Source: Escherichia phage K1ind1
Sequence record: NC_041897.1
DNA length: 42,292 nt
Direction: 5' to 3' (one strand)
Below the pieces are notes generated by a model. The model did not search any database. It saw nothing but the letters and a program-made list of their open reading frames with translations, and had not been told where the DNA came from. Within the stretch, counting starts at the first letter, position 1. Each line of letters starts with the position of its first letter. This document shows, piece after piece, positions 27,308 to 36,195 of the stretch. Both the position numbers and the translations under genes were made by a program.

Positions 27308-27389
27308 AACACGCACCCCTCCCGTTTTGTATGCTCAATACCGCAGCGCGGGCAGATTCGGCAGTCTTCTTCATAGAACCAGTAAATTT

Positions 27390-27521
27390 TCATTCCAGCA
27401 CCCACAGATAAATTGCAACTAACATACACAATACGGCGACCATCATGCCGTATTGCCCCTCATGACAGTAGACACCCGCGGCGAATCCCGCCAGTACCGC
27501 GATAATCAGTTTACTTAGCAT
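27390..27521 (-). CDS. small hydrophobic membrane peptide (43 aa, below ORF-track cutoff)
   Basis: ATG overlapping polymerase stop; hydrophobic throughout. Confidence 0.25.
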   Translation of the reverse strand: MLSKLIIAVLAGFAAGVYCHEGQYGMMVAVLCMLVAIYLWVLE

Positions 27522-29613
27522 AACGCTTCATCTCCGCACCTTCTGCTACAAGAGGGAACCCCTCAGCCCATTCCGGTAATTCGCACATCAACCGCTCAAG
27601 CTCTGCAACATTGTATTCTGGTAAATCTGGTGTCTCGCAGATAATCTCATCGTGTACGTGAAGCACAATCGGATAGCCGTTTGCTTCTACGTTAAGCAGC
27701 GCATTAGCCAACAAATCACGGCACAGCGCCTGAGTGCAGTTTTCCACGAGTTTACCGGAATATGTGTACTGGAAGCCCCACTGCCGTGTTAACTGGTTTT
27801 CGCCCTGGTACTTGATGCGGACGTTAGTGGACACCTTCCCGTCTTCGTCTGTCTCTTTCGACACGCTTAACCCGACACCTGGATAAGACATAACGCGGCC
27901 CGACGGCAACGTCATGCGCAACCACCAACCGGCGACTTTGTTGCCGTTGTTATCTGTCTCTACGTTACGCGAAAACTTAACGCCGCGAGGCCCTGCAGTG
28001 AACTCTTTACCTGGATTGCGGATAGCTGCCATAGCTGCGTCTTCAATATCCCGCCAGAAAGCTACTGTTTCAGGGTGAGACTCCCGCCACATACGCTTGA
28101 TGGCGTCGCATGTACGCCACACTTTCTTGTCCAGAATATATGATGGTCGGTCATCTTTTTCACCGGGACGTGGCGGTCTCTTGGCTTCCTGAATACGCGC
28201 CCACTCATACCCACGCGCGGTAGCGGCCCAGATGTGGTCGGGGAAAGTCCCGTCCATTGTTTTTGCCATATCAACAAGGTCAAGGCCGAGGTTCTTGGCG
28301 AACTGTACGAATGCGCCGACACCACCCGCGTAGCCAAGTCCCAGTTCGCATGCCTTACCAATCTGGCGTAAGTCTTTACGTTCTTTCTTAATGTAATCCG
28401 GCTCCATACCGAACATCTTACCCGCGGTTACGCAGTAAATATCCAGTCCGGCACGGAACGTATCTAGCGCGGTTTCTTCCCCCGCCAGCCACGCAAGCCC
28501 GCGGCCTTCGACGTTAGAGTAATCGGCAACGACAAACTTATGTCCAGTTTCCGGTATGATGCAGCTACGAACGGTAGATGCCGTTAGCTTGGCTACGTCA
28601 AATCGACGATGAGCGCGGCCCTTAAGTAACGCAGAAATTCCTTTATCCAGTTCATCATCGTGATAGTACCCGCGCGCGAGGTTCTGCGGCTGGAAGCCTT
28701 TACCTGCAAACCGTAACGTACGCTTAGCTCCACCATATTGTATGCAACCGCGACGGCGGTCGTCAGAAGAGCGGCCCAACAACAGCGGGTTATATTTCGT
28801 TGACGCGGTAGACGCGGCCCCGAGTCGCATCTCGATAATCGCGCTGGCGTCGTCCGGTAAATCGTCGTCAGCAAGCAGGTCGTTAAGCGTTGACTTCTGT
28901 GCGTTGTGAATACGGTGCGCCGGTGCGAGTTCACGCAGAATAGGAAGGAAGTCCTTTCCGGTAAGCGAGCCGCCGTATTTACGTTGGGCTTCTTCCTGTA
29001 ACTGCGCTTTGTGTTTCTCCACGGCTTCAATCGCGGCTTCCGCCAGTGCAACGTCAACCTTAAACCCGCGGTCGTTGATTAACTGGTCCAGTTCCAGCAC
29101 ACGGTCTTCGAACTCGGAGTTGCCCCAACGTGGCAGCTTATGGAACACTTCACGCATCGCGGTGATGTCGCTAACGGCGTACTTGATGAACAGCGCCCAC
29201 TCATCCGGGTGCGTTTCAGCAGTGTAGCGGCGGATTTTGTAGTTCTTCGGTGTCGGTTTAGAAAAACGCTGAATAAGCGCTTTGCCTCGTTTGTCTTTCG
29301 CGTTGTCTGCGGACACGCCAAGCACTTCGCACAATGCGTCGAGTGAACCCGGCAGCGCGTGACGAAACGCCCAAATCATCGTATCAATGGTGTTGCTTAC
29401 GGGAATATCAAAACCCCAGCAGTGCTTCATGATGAGTCTGTCGAACATTGAGCCGTTGTGCCACACCATCTTAATACGGCTGTTTGGTTTCACCAGACGG
29501 CGTAACGCGCGGTGCAAATCACCCGGCATGTCGCTGCCGTTGGTGCAATCCCATACCTGCACAGGCTCGTCGTCAAAAGCATACGCCGTGTGACACTTCA
29601 ATCGCATCGGCAT
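27511..29613 (-). CDS. DNA polymerase, family A, with 3'-5' proofreading exonuclease domain
   Basis: about 700 aa; exo motifs FDDEP, HNGSMFD, YAVSD; polymerase motif A DYSNVEGR, motif B RQIGKACELGLGYAGG, motif C HVHDE. Confidence 0.85.
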   Translation of the reverse strand: MPMRLKCHTAYAFDDEPVQVWDCTNGSDMPGDLHRALRRLVKPNSRIKMVWHNGSMFDRLIMKHCWGFDIPVSNTIDTMIWAFRHALPGSLDALCEVLGVSADNAKDKRGKALIQRFSKPTPKNYKIRRYTAETHPDEWALFIKYAVSDITAMREVFHKLPRWGNSEFEDRVLELDQLINDRGFKVDVALAEAAIEAVEKHKAQLQEEAQRKYGGSLTGKDFLPILRELAPAHRIHNAQKSTLNDLLADDDLPDDASAIIEMRLGAASTASTKYNPLLLGRSSDDRRRGCIQYGGAKRTLRFAGKGFQPQNLARGYYHDDELDKGISALLKGRAHRRFDVAKLTASTVRSCIIPETGHKFVVADYSNVEGRGLAWLAGEETALDTFRAGLDIYCVTAGKMFGMEPDYIKKERKDLRQIGKACELGLGYAGGVGAFVQFAKNLGLDLVDMAKTMDGTFPDHIWAATARGYEWARIQEAKRPPRPGEKDDRPSYILDKKVWRTCDAIKRMWRESHPETVAFWRDIEDAAMAAIRNPGKEFTAGPRGVKFSRNVETDNNGNKVAGWWLRMTLPSGRVMSYPGVGLSVSKETDEDGKVSTNVRIKYQGENQLTRQWGFQYTYSGKLVENCTQALCRDLLANALLNVEANGYPIVLHVHDEIICETPDLPEYNVAELERLMCELPEWAEGFPLVAEGAEMKRYAK

Positions 29614-30658
29614 CTTTCCACGCACGATTACCCGGGCGGCCTTCTACCAGTTTGTACCCTGGCACTTTCTTACCGGAATGCAATGCGGCGGACATCGCTT
29701 TCTCAACCTTGTCGATGTGCTGGCGCAACAGCGGCAACTTCTCATACTCAACTACGAGTTGCTCCGTCGTCAGTTCCAGCACAAAGTCGTCTTCAAGTTC
29801 TTCCGCCAGTACAGAATTAACCGTCTTTGTACGCGCGGCACACTGTTCAGAGAACCGGCACCACTGACAACCATCGACCGACGGCTTGAAGTCCGATGCT
29901 TTCAGGTTCTTCTTACCGCGGAAATACGCATCGAGCGCTAACAGTGCGCGTTTCTGCGCAAACTTAGCGAACAGTTCCAGGCCTTCAACAGAGATATCCC
30001 ACTCTGACGCACCGCCAGCATACGGCTGGAAGATGACCAGACGGACAACTGTGACGTTATAACGTCTCTTGAGTCGGCGATAAACACTGAGAGCGTAAAG
30101 CATAAGCTGCTTGTTTTCTTTCGCTTCGACACGGTGCCGTCCGGTTTTCAGGTCTCCGATAATGAGCATGTGCTCGTCTGTGTTCGCCAGTTCCTGAACG
30201 GCAACAAGGTCAGCAGTTCCGAATGTCTCAACGCCTTCGTAGCCTGGATGCAATACCTCAGTAAGATTTACCCGCATCTCCAGCTTTGCGTAAGTTGCAA
30301 CGTCGATAATCGCTTTGCAGTAGTCGGTGTACTTGCGCACCTGTTCAATCATGTCGGCGGTAATCAGTACCGAGCCTTTCATTGGGCTGATTAGCGCCTT
30401 AATCTGGCCTTTTCCTTCATCCAGTACATACGCGCCAACTTCACGCGCTAACGGCAGCGCGGTGCCTTTGATGTACTGGTTAAGGTGCATCTCAGCTATG
30501 GTGTGCATAGCTGTGCCTAATACCGCCGCTTTACCTGACGTGTTAGGAATATCTTTTTCACAGGCCAGTGATGCGGGGCAGGTTAACCACTTTTTAGCTC
30601 CAGACGGCGACAGTAAGGCGTGCACATCGTTATTGCCGCCGCGTTCTTTTAGAATCAT
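29573..30658 (-). CDS. Cas4/RecB-like PD-(D/E)xK exonuclease with Fe-S cysteine cluster
   Basis: 361 aa; N-terminal Cys (TCPASLAC), GDLKTG and QxxxY-like nuclease motifs, C-terminal CQWCRFSEQC. Confidence 0.65.
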   Translation of the reverse strand: MILKERGGNNDVHALLSPSGAKKWLTCPASLACEKDIPNTSGKAAVLGTAMHTIAEMHLNQYIKGTALPLAREVGAYVLDEGKGQIKALISPMKGSVLITADMIEQVRKYTDYCKAIIDVATYAKLEMRVNLTEVLHPGYEGVETFGTADLVAVQELANTDEHMLIIGDLKTGRHRVEAKENKQLMLYALSVYRRLKRRYNVTVVRLVIFQPYAGGASEWDISVEGLELFAKFAQKRALLALDAYFRGKKNLKASDFKPSVDGCQWCRFSEQCAARTKTVNSVLAEELEDDFVLELTTEQLVVEYEKLPLLRQHIDKVEKAMSAALHSGKKVPGYKLVEGRPGNRAWKDADAIEVSHGVCF

Positions 30659-31002
30659 CGTACCGCCTCCAAATACAAGTTTAATGCCTGTAACTGTCCT
30701 TCTGTGGGAATGAAAGAATCATCACGATGTAAGTCACTTAACTGTTGCAGCATCCCTGCGAACTTACGTCTTGCGTCAACTGACACCATGTGATGCTTTT
30801 CACTTTTGTATATTAATGTTTTTGGGTAATCCTCAAGCCTGCCGGACGATTTATTCACGCGGAGCGTCCGCTCTTCATGCGCAATGTGTATGTACTTTTT
30901 GCCATTTTGTAGCACAGTAGCTGCGCCACTGTTCTTTCTGCGGTCGCCGACGGTGTAAACCTTGTCACCGCTGCGCAAATTAAGCCACCATTTATCCGTC
31001 AT
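30655..31002 (-). CDS. hypothetical protein
   Basis: about 115 aa from ATG 31002 (ATGA overlap with upstream gene). Confidence 0.4.
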   Translation of the reverse strand: MTDKWWLNLRSGDKVYTVGDRRKNSGAATVLQNGKKYIHIAHEERTLRVNKSSGRLEDYPKTLIYKSEKHHMVSVDARRKFAGMLQQLSDLHRDDSFIPTEGQLQALNLYLEAVR

Positions 31003-31271
31003 ACCCTGTTCTCCCACTGGTCAATTAAATGTCGTGTCTTATGGTCGCAGTGCATAGCCCAGCCATACATCGACTCGAAGACGTAAAAGTCCGGTTTGGC
31101 GAAAGTCGTGCGCTTAATCTGCGACACGTGACGGCCTATGTCTTTAGGCCGTGGCACTTTGCCTAAGTACGCCATATCTTCCATCTGGTGTGCACCGGAC
31201 GGCGCACGCAATAACCATAGCGCCTCTGTGTTATCCCGCCGGTCAACGGCGCGGTATAGTTGGTAAATCAT
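30999..31271 (-). CDS. hypothetical protein
   Basis: 90 aa ORF in leftward operon. Confidence 0.4.
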   Translation of the reverse strand: MIYQLYRAVDRRDNTEALWLLRAPSGAHQMEDMAYLGKVPRPKDIGRHVSQIKRTTFAKPDFYVFESMYGWAMHCDHKTRHLIDQWENRV

Positions 31272-31314
31272 AATCCCGACCCTCAGTTAAAGCGGCCCGA
31301 AGGCCGCGGGATAA

Positions 31315-31833
31315 TTATTCTTCTTCGAAATACTTGTTCTTGATTGCCGTCAGGCGTTCCAGGTATTCGGCAAGGTCTTCGTCTTTAATCGCGGCAATCT
31401 TCATCTTCTTACCGGTGAACTCTTCCAGCAGTTCATCGGAATCATCGCACGCGGCGTCGCTCGGACCTTCGTTAATTGCATCGTCGATAGCCTGAATCTG
31501 GTCACGCAGAGACTGGTAATCTACTTCTTCCTTCTCTTCCGGTTCTGGCGTCGGTTCCTCTACTTTAGATTTACGCGGCTTGCGTTTCGGCTTCTCTTCT
31601 TCTGCTGGTTTAGTGTCGACGATGTCTTCACCTTCAACCGGGATTTCTTTCGCCTTCTCGACTTCTTCAAGTGCTTTAGCCAGTTCTTTTTTAACTGTCT
31701 CTACCCCAGTTACCGCGACGTCAACAGTCAATTCACCTACAGATTTGCTAGTCGGTTGTTTCACACTGTTTGCAGCAATCAGTTCGTGGGCGACTACGAA
31801 ACGTTCCAGTAATACCAAGAATTTCTCTAACAT
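31315..31833 (-). CDS. hypothetical acidic protein
   Basis: 172 aa; E/K/P-rich central linker, acidic C-terminus; first gene downstream of leftward promoter. Confidence 0.45.
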   Translation of the reverse strand: MLEKFLVLLERFVVAHELIAANSVKQPTSKSVGELTVDVAVTGVETVKKELAKALEEVEKAKEIPVEGEDIVDTKPAEEEKPKRKPRKSKVEEPTPEPEEKEEVDYQSLRDQIQAIDDAINEGPSDAACDDSDELLEEFTGKKMKIAAIKDEDLAEYLERLTAIKNKYFEEE

Positions 31834-31865
31834 TTGTTTCTCTCCTCTCGTTTGGTATGTGTTAA

Positions 31866-31894
31866 ATATAATAGCGAACTATTCACGTTGTCAA
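31866..31894 (-). promoter_or_regulatory. sigma70-like promoter TTGACA-17-TTATAT with AATAG-N4-CTATT palindrome in spacer (31870-31883)
   Basis: consensus -35 on minus strand (plus 31889-31894), -10 at plus 31866-31871; upstream of 31833 gene. Confidence 0.5.
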
Positions 31895-31914
31895 TGGGCT
31901 TTTCTAAAATAATT

Positions 31915-31928
31915 AATATGGTACTATT
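31915..31928 (+). promoter_or_regulatory. imperfect copy of the palindrome (AATAT-GGTA-CTATT) upstream of Cro-like gene
   Basis: 45 bp from the perfect copy at 31870; followed by AAGGAG RBS and ATG 31959. Confidence 0.4.
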
Positions 31929-31958
31929 CACATATCAACTGACTAAGGAGTAATTGAC

Positions 31959-32174
31959 ATGCAACCATCTGAACTAGGCATCCGTGTAGAACAGCGCCGT
32001 AAAGAACTCGGCATTTCCCAACGCCGTCTGGCTGTCCTGGCCGGTGTTTCCCAGGGCGCGATTAACCAGCTGGCACTCGGTGTAACTAAGGACGTCCGCC
32101 CAGCGACGCTGTTTAAACTGGCGGAAGTGCTGCAAGTAGATGCCAAGTGGCTGGCGTTCGGTGAAGGGGCTTAA
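31959..32174 (+). CDS. HTH XRE-family (Cro/CI-like) transcriptional regulator
   Basis: 71 aa; RRKELGISQRRLAVLAGVSQGAINQL helix-turn-helix; AAGGAG RBS; followed by terminator. Confidence 0.7.
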   Translation: MQPSELGIRVEQRRKELGISQRRLAVLAGVSQGAINQLALGVTKDVRPATLFKLAEVLQVDAKWLAFGEGA

Positions 32175-32190
32175 CGCCCCTTTCTTTTTG
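32164..32190 (+). terminator. rho-independent terminator
   Basis: GGGGC-TTAAC-GCCCC hairpin followed by TTTCTTTTT. Confidence 0.55.
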
Positions 32191-32191
32191 C

Positions 32192-34450
32192 CTATTCTAA
32201 ATCCTCCTCTGTCACTGTTAACAGTTCATTCGGTTCGTATATCGTCTTCGGTCTTAATCTGTCCCCCATCTTTTCAGGTATCCGGTATGTGCCTGGTATA
32301 ACTTCACCGTTAACATCGCACCCGAGCATCAACTCACCGTCTTTCAGCATCTTCTCAAGATGGTGGTTGGTGATGGCGTGGTCCCCCGAGTTCGCCACTA
32401 TCTGCCGTTGGGTAAAACCTCGTCCGGTGTCGTCGGACTGTTGCAGGTCTTCCAGCGCGGCGAGTATTGATTCCTTACGCCCTTCATCCTTCCCGCGTTT
32501 TACAGCATTCTTTACGTTTTCTTTACCTTCTTTAGTTAACCCTTCTTCCCGCTCCTTCTCCTCGTCAGTTTTGAACGGCTCGAAGCCCCACGGCATCAGC
32601 ACAAGCGCCTTGTGCGGCTCAGGCAGATCGAGGTTTACGATTGTGCCGTATTCCTCTGTGCTACCGAGGAACTCAACCGCACGGTATTCTTTCGGAGGCG
32701 GGGCTTCACGGAACTGTACCGACTCCAGAACCATGCCAACCGTTTTCTGTTGAGGCCCATGCTTAAATTTCGAGTGGTATACGTTTATCTGGCGGTCGGT
32801 AGCGCGCTCAATTGTCAGCTCCACATCAACACCTGCATACAGCGCCCCGCTACCACGGGCTTTCTTTCCACCCTTAGGCGTATGGTGGACGACACCCACA
32901 GCGGCTTTAGTCGCATCACGTACTTCTTTCAGGATGGCGATAACTTTACCCATACCGATTGCCGTTGATGAGCTGTTCTCGTCGAACTTATCAATCGTCA
33001 GGGCCAGCGTCTGGTTGAGGGTATCGAACGCGACCATACCAATAGGCTCGTCCCCTGCAGCTTCACGCATCCTGCGGATTAGCGCGGGGATTTTTTTATC
33101 ACCATGCGCGGCGAGCACCTCACCCATATCAATGACATGTACGTAATCTTTACCTTCCTCGCCGTATTTAGCCGCGAGCGCGTCAATACGTGTGCGTGTA
33201 GCTGCGCCTCCCTCACCGTCGATATAGAAATGGTGGCAACGCTGGGTATCCGCCCCGGCAAACCGGTATCCGGCGGCGCTCAGGTACATCATCCCCAGCG
33301 TATAGAACGATTTGTACGTACCAGATTCCCCGACAATATCCCAGATGCAATCAGACGGCATGTACCCTTCAACGACGAAATCGGCCTTTACCGGTTCTGG
33401 TAACTCGTCCTCCTCTGAGTCCTCGTCGTCTTCCAGGTCATCCAGGCTGCATGAGACAGATTCACGCGCGCCCCAGCCGATAGCCTCGGCCACTTCACTG
33501 AACGGCAGTCCGGTCGCATCACACGCGTATTTCCACACTTCTTTCGGGGGCATTCCTTCGGTCGCGGCAATGTCGGTGTCGTGAATCATGGTTACGTTCG
33601 GCGCTTCGTATCCCTCGCGCGGGAAACATAACAGGAAGTCGTCCGGGCGTGGTGTCGGGTCGCTGTAGTTTTCTGCGTGTTCTGGCGTAGCTGGCATCTT
33701 AAGGCCACGCGGCGTCATGATGCCGCCGTACTCGAATGCCAGTGCTTCAAACGCATCTGTAAACGCGGTGCGCAGTTCTTCCGGTATCTGGTAATCAGAT
33801 GCGCTGCTGATGTCAACGGCTGGGACGCCTTCCAGTAACTCATCAGGGTCAATCAGGTCGTTGCGGCGCGACCAGATAACGGTAGCGCCGACAGGAGGCA
33901 AGTACATCGGCTGCGAAAGAGTGAACCCGCTGCGGTCGGCGCCCATGCCTTTGAAGAAGTGCTCCAGCAATCCATGACGAACACGAATGATGTCACCGCC
34001 CTCAACCGTTCGGGCCAGCGGCATGACGACGCGAAAGCGCGGGGCTTCGTCTGTGTGTGATGCCGTGGTATAGAGGCACATCGCCCGCCGGCTGCGCTTA
34101 ACCAGGCGCACAGCTTCCTGATACTCTTCCAGGGTTGCACTGTCAAAGTCCAGGTACGCCAGCGACGATTTGCTTACAGACGCGTCGCAGCGATAGAAAA
34201 AGCCTTTACGCGCTTGCTTAAAGTCACCTGTTTCCGGGTCTTTTACGGTGCTGTGCGTAGAGTCGCACGCAGCGGTGATGTAACCAGGCGCGGTCTTCGG
34301 GTTAATTCCGTCACGGACAGCATCAAGCGGCTGGATTAAATCTTTCAGGTCGTCCAGCGTTGCCGTGTGTGTGGTTCTGACGTTTATATCCTTTTTCTCG
34401 GCCCGCGCGTTGCGACGAGACCACGAGTAGGATAAAATTACATCGGACAT
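32192..34450 (-). CDS. DNA primase / replicative helicase-like protein (primase N-terminal region plus RecA-like ATPase)
   Basis: 752 aa; central Walker A GESGTYKS with downstream Walker B-like hydrophobic-DE; largest replication protein. Confidence 0.6.
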   Translation of the reverse strand: MSDVILSYSWSRRNARAEKKDINVRTTHTATLDDLKDLIQPLDAVRDGINPKTAPGYITAACDSTHSTVKDPETGDFKQARKGFFYRCDASVSKSSLAYLDFDSATLEEYQEAVRLVKRSRRAMCLYTTASHTDEAPRFRVVMPLARTVEGGDIIRVRHGLLEHFFKGMGADRSGFTLSQPMYLPPVGATVIWSRRNDLIDPDELLEGVPAVDISSASDYQIPEELRTAFTDAFEALAFEYGGIMTPRGLKMPATPEHAENYSDPTPRPDDFLLCFPREGYEAPNVTMIHDTDIAATEGMPPKEVWKYACDATGLPFSEVAEAIGWGARESVSCSLDDLEDDEDSEEDELPEPVKADFVVEGYMPSDCIWDIVGESGTYKSFYTLGMMYLSAAGYRFAGADTQRCHHFYIDGEGGAATRTRIDALAAKYGEEGKDYVHVIDMGEVLAAHGDKKIPALIRRMREAAGDEPIGMVAFDTLNQTLALTIDKFDENSSSTAIGMGKVIAILKEVRDATKAAVGVVHHTPKGGKKARGSGALYAGVDVELTIERATDRQINVYHSKFKHGPQQKTVGMVLESVQFREAPPPKEYRAVEFLGSTEEYGTIVNLDLPEPHKALVLMPWGFEPFKTDEEKEREEGLTKEGKENVKNAVKRGKDEGRKESILAALEDLQQSDDTGRGFTQRQIVANSGDHAITNHHLEKMLKDGELMLGCDVNGEVIPGTYRIPEKMGDRLRPKTIYEPNELLTVTEEDLE

Positions 34451-34508
34451 GTTATATTTCCTTCAGCAAGTAATTTAGCCTCGGCGTTCACCGCGTCGGG
34501 GCTTTCTT

Positions 34509-34742
34509 TTATTCCAGGTCTTCTAAAGTAGCGGTCATTCCGCGAACTTCGGCAACAGCACTATATTTCCCGCCAACATTTTTCACGACACCAGATTTAA
34601 CCAGTACCTTCAACGACCCTTCAATAATGGCGGAACTATAGTACCTAAAATAACTACGGCGCAAGTCCATAACGCTGCACGACCCTTTTTTACGGGTTAA
34701 TGAAACGACTGCCGTAAATACGCGGGACTGGAACTCGGTCAT
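34509..34742 (-). CDS. hypothetical protein
   Basis: 77 aa; coupled downstream of AlpA-like gene. Confidence 0.35.
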   Translation of the reverse strand: MTEFQSRVFTAVVSLTRKKGSCSVMDLRRSYFRYYSSAIIEGSLKVLVKSGVVKNVGGKYSAVAEVRGMTATLEDLE

Positions 34743-34909
34743 TTTACATTCTCCTTAATCCACGCTTCCACTTTCTCCGGGTCGAAAGTACCCGGCTGCC
34801 GGCGGCCCATAATACGGATACAACAATCCGGGAACTTCCCACTCTTTAACCAGTTATTCAGCGTGCGACGGGTAACCCCAATACGCTCGGCTACTTCATT
34901 CTGTGTCAT
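34739..34909 (-). CDS. AlpA/excisionase-family HTH DNA-binding protein
   Basis: about 56 aa from ATG 34909; MTQNEVAERIGVTRRTLNNWLKSGKFP ... EKVEAWI pattern typical of AlpA-like regulators. Confidence 0.5.
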   Translation of the reverse strand: MTQNEVAERIGVTRRTLNNWLKSGKFPDCCIRIMGRRQPGTFDPEKVEAWIKENVK

Positions 34910-34941
34910 TCTCAAACCCCCATTATCAGTTAACGAAACCA

Positions 34942-34970
34942 AGTATACATTGCGAATAATGGGAAATCAA
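34942..34970 (-). promoter_or_regulatory. sigma70-like promoter TTGATT-17-TATACT
   Basis: read on minus strand about 30 nt upstream of AlpA-like ATG. Confidence 0.4.
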
Positions 34971-35343
34971 ACATAATCGCACCTATTGACATTATGGAAA
35001 TCTTCGTTTAAGGTGCTTCTGTATCTTAGTTACTTTGATTCTTGTTCACCTTGTAAAACCCGCCGAAAACGAGCGCCCAACGCGAAGTGTTAGGCGGCAG
35101 TTTACTGAACATTCGAATTATCGTAACTTTCCTTCCTAAGTATCTCCGGTTGCCATGGGCAAGCTCTATTCCCATCGGCGGAATATATCTTAAGTATCTG
35201 ATTTTCTTAAAGTGCCGTAGATTCGCAACCGTAAAAATGTAACGATTATTGGGCAGGCTTAGGGCCTGCCCTTTAGTTACCAAGTAATAAGAATAAAGGC
35301 ACAACCCTACCTGAAGAATCACAACGGCAACGTAACTAATCTC

Positions 35344-35372
35344 TTGCACACCCCAACATAATAGGATACTAT
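35344..35372 (+). promoter_or_regulatory. sigma70-like promoter TTGCAC-17-TACTAT with AATAG-N4-CTATT palindrome (35360-35373)
   Basis: conserved cassette CTTGCACACCCCAACATAATAGGATACTATTCAC; GAGGAG RBS and ATG 35407 downstream. Confidence 0.5.
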
Positions 35373-35406
35373 TCACTTATCGAAACGAGACAGAGGAGTG
35401 AGGGTT

Positions 35407-35589
35407 ATGTTTAAGAATGGTCAGTTGGTGAAAACAAAGCGCAGCCGGCAACACGTAATAGTTACCAAAGACGAGGATGAATATGGTGTTGTCGCCGTAT
35501 TTAGCCTTATACGGAGGAAACATGGTTATGTTCGTCACGATAATTTAGAACTCATCGGCAACAATTTTAAATTCAAAGGGGCGAAGTGA
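35407..35589 (+). CDS. hypothetical early protein
   Basis: 60 aa from ATG 35407; first gene after promoter. Confidence 0.4.
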   Translation: MFKNGQLVKTKRSRQHVIVTKDEDEYGVVAVFSLIRRKHGYVRHDNLELIGNNFKFKGAK

Positions 35590-35777
35590 TGGGAGAATTA
35601 ATTTACGACGTATACGTCGACGGGGTCATAACAGAGACAACAAGTAATAAAGATTACGCAATAAAGCGGTATGTGTATTATGCCGCAGTGGTAGGAAGGA
35701 TGGTAGAAGTGCGGGAGCAAACGGCATCGAATCATGATGCTTGTGCCGACGACTCTGAGGGAGGTCGCCGTGAATAA
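35589..35777 (+). CDS. hypothetical early protein
   Basis: 62 aa; ATG overlaps upstream stop (GTGATG). Confidence 0.35.
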   Translation: MGELIYDVYVDGVITETTSNKDYAIKRYVYYAAVVGRMVEVREQTASNHDACADDSEGGRRE

Positions 35778-35812
35778 GTTTATTTTATCGCCGCTTATGT
35801 GGAGCACGAGTT

Positions 35813-36007
35813 ATGGGGGTTGATATGAGCCCGTATAACGAATTCCGCTTACGCCGTCTGGTTGGGGGTATGCGCGCCGCCGAGTTCGGTGTTGAATGCC
35901 GGGAAAAGGAGGAATACACCCCCTGGAAGTCGTGGCATTTGGCTCATGCCAAGTATTGTGAGTACAAGTTAAACAGTTTCCTTAAGCACCACGGAGTTGA
36001 GTTATGA
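35813..36007 (+). CDS. hypothetical early protein
   Basis: 64 aa ORF. Confidence 0.35.
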   Translation: MGVDMSPYNEFRLRRLVGGMRAAEFGVECREKEEYTPWKSWHLAHAKYCEYKLNSFLKHHGVEL

Positions 36008-36192
36008 GTAATTACGATGCTACTAAATTCGACCATGCGTTTTTGATTAACAAGTTCTATGAGCGTTATCCGCTATCCGAGTTTAAAACAGATTCTGAAC
36101 GCGCCGATGCTCTGGGCTATTTTATGGCGGGTGCCGAGTTGCAGCGACTGGGCGCGTTCATCGAGTACTGGGAAGAAGACGAGGAGTATTGA
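36004..36192 (+). CDS. hypothetical early protein
   Basis: 62 aa; ATGA overlap. Confidence 0.4.
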   Translation: MSNYDATKFDHAFLINKFYERYPLSEFKTDSERADALGYFMAGAELQRLGAFIEYWEEDEEY

Positions 36193-36195
36193 GTT

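Noticed and set aside
35026-35376. 116-aa minus-strand ORF in the large control region
   Set aside because: Skewed Tyr/Arg/Leu-rich composition, start codon inside the conserved promoter cassette, no RBS; the region is better explained as regulatory DNA.
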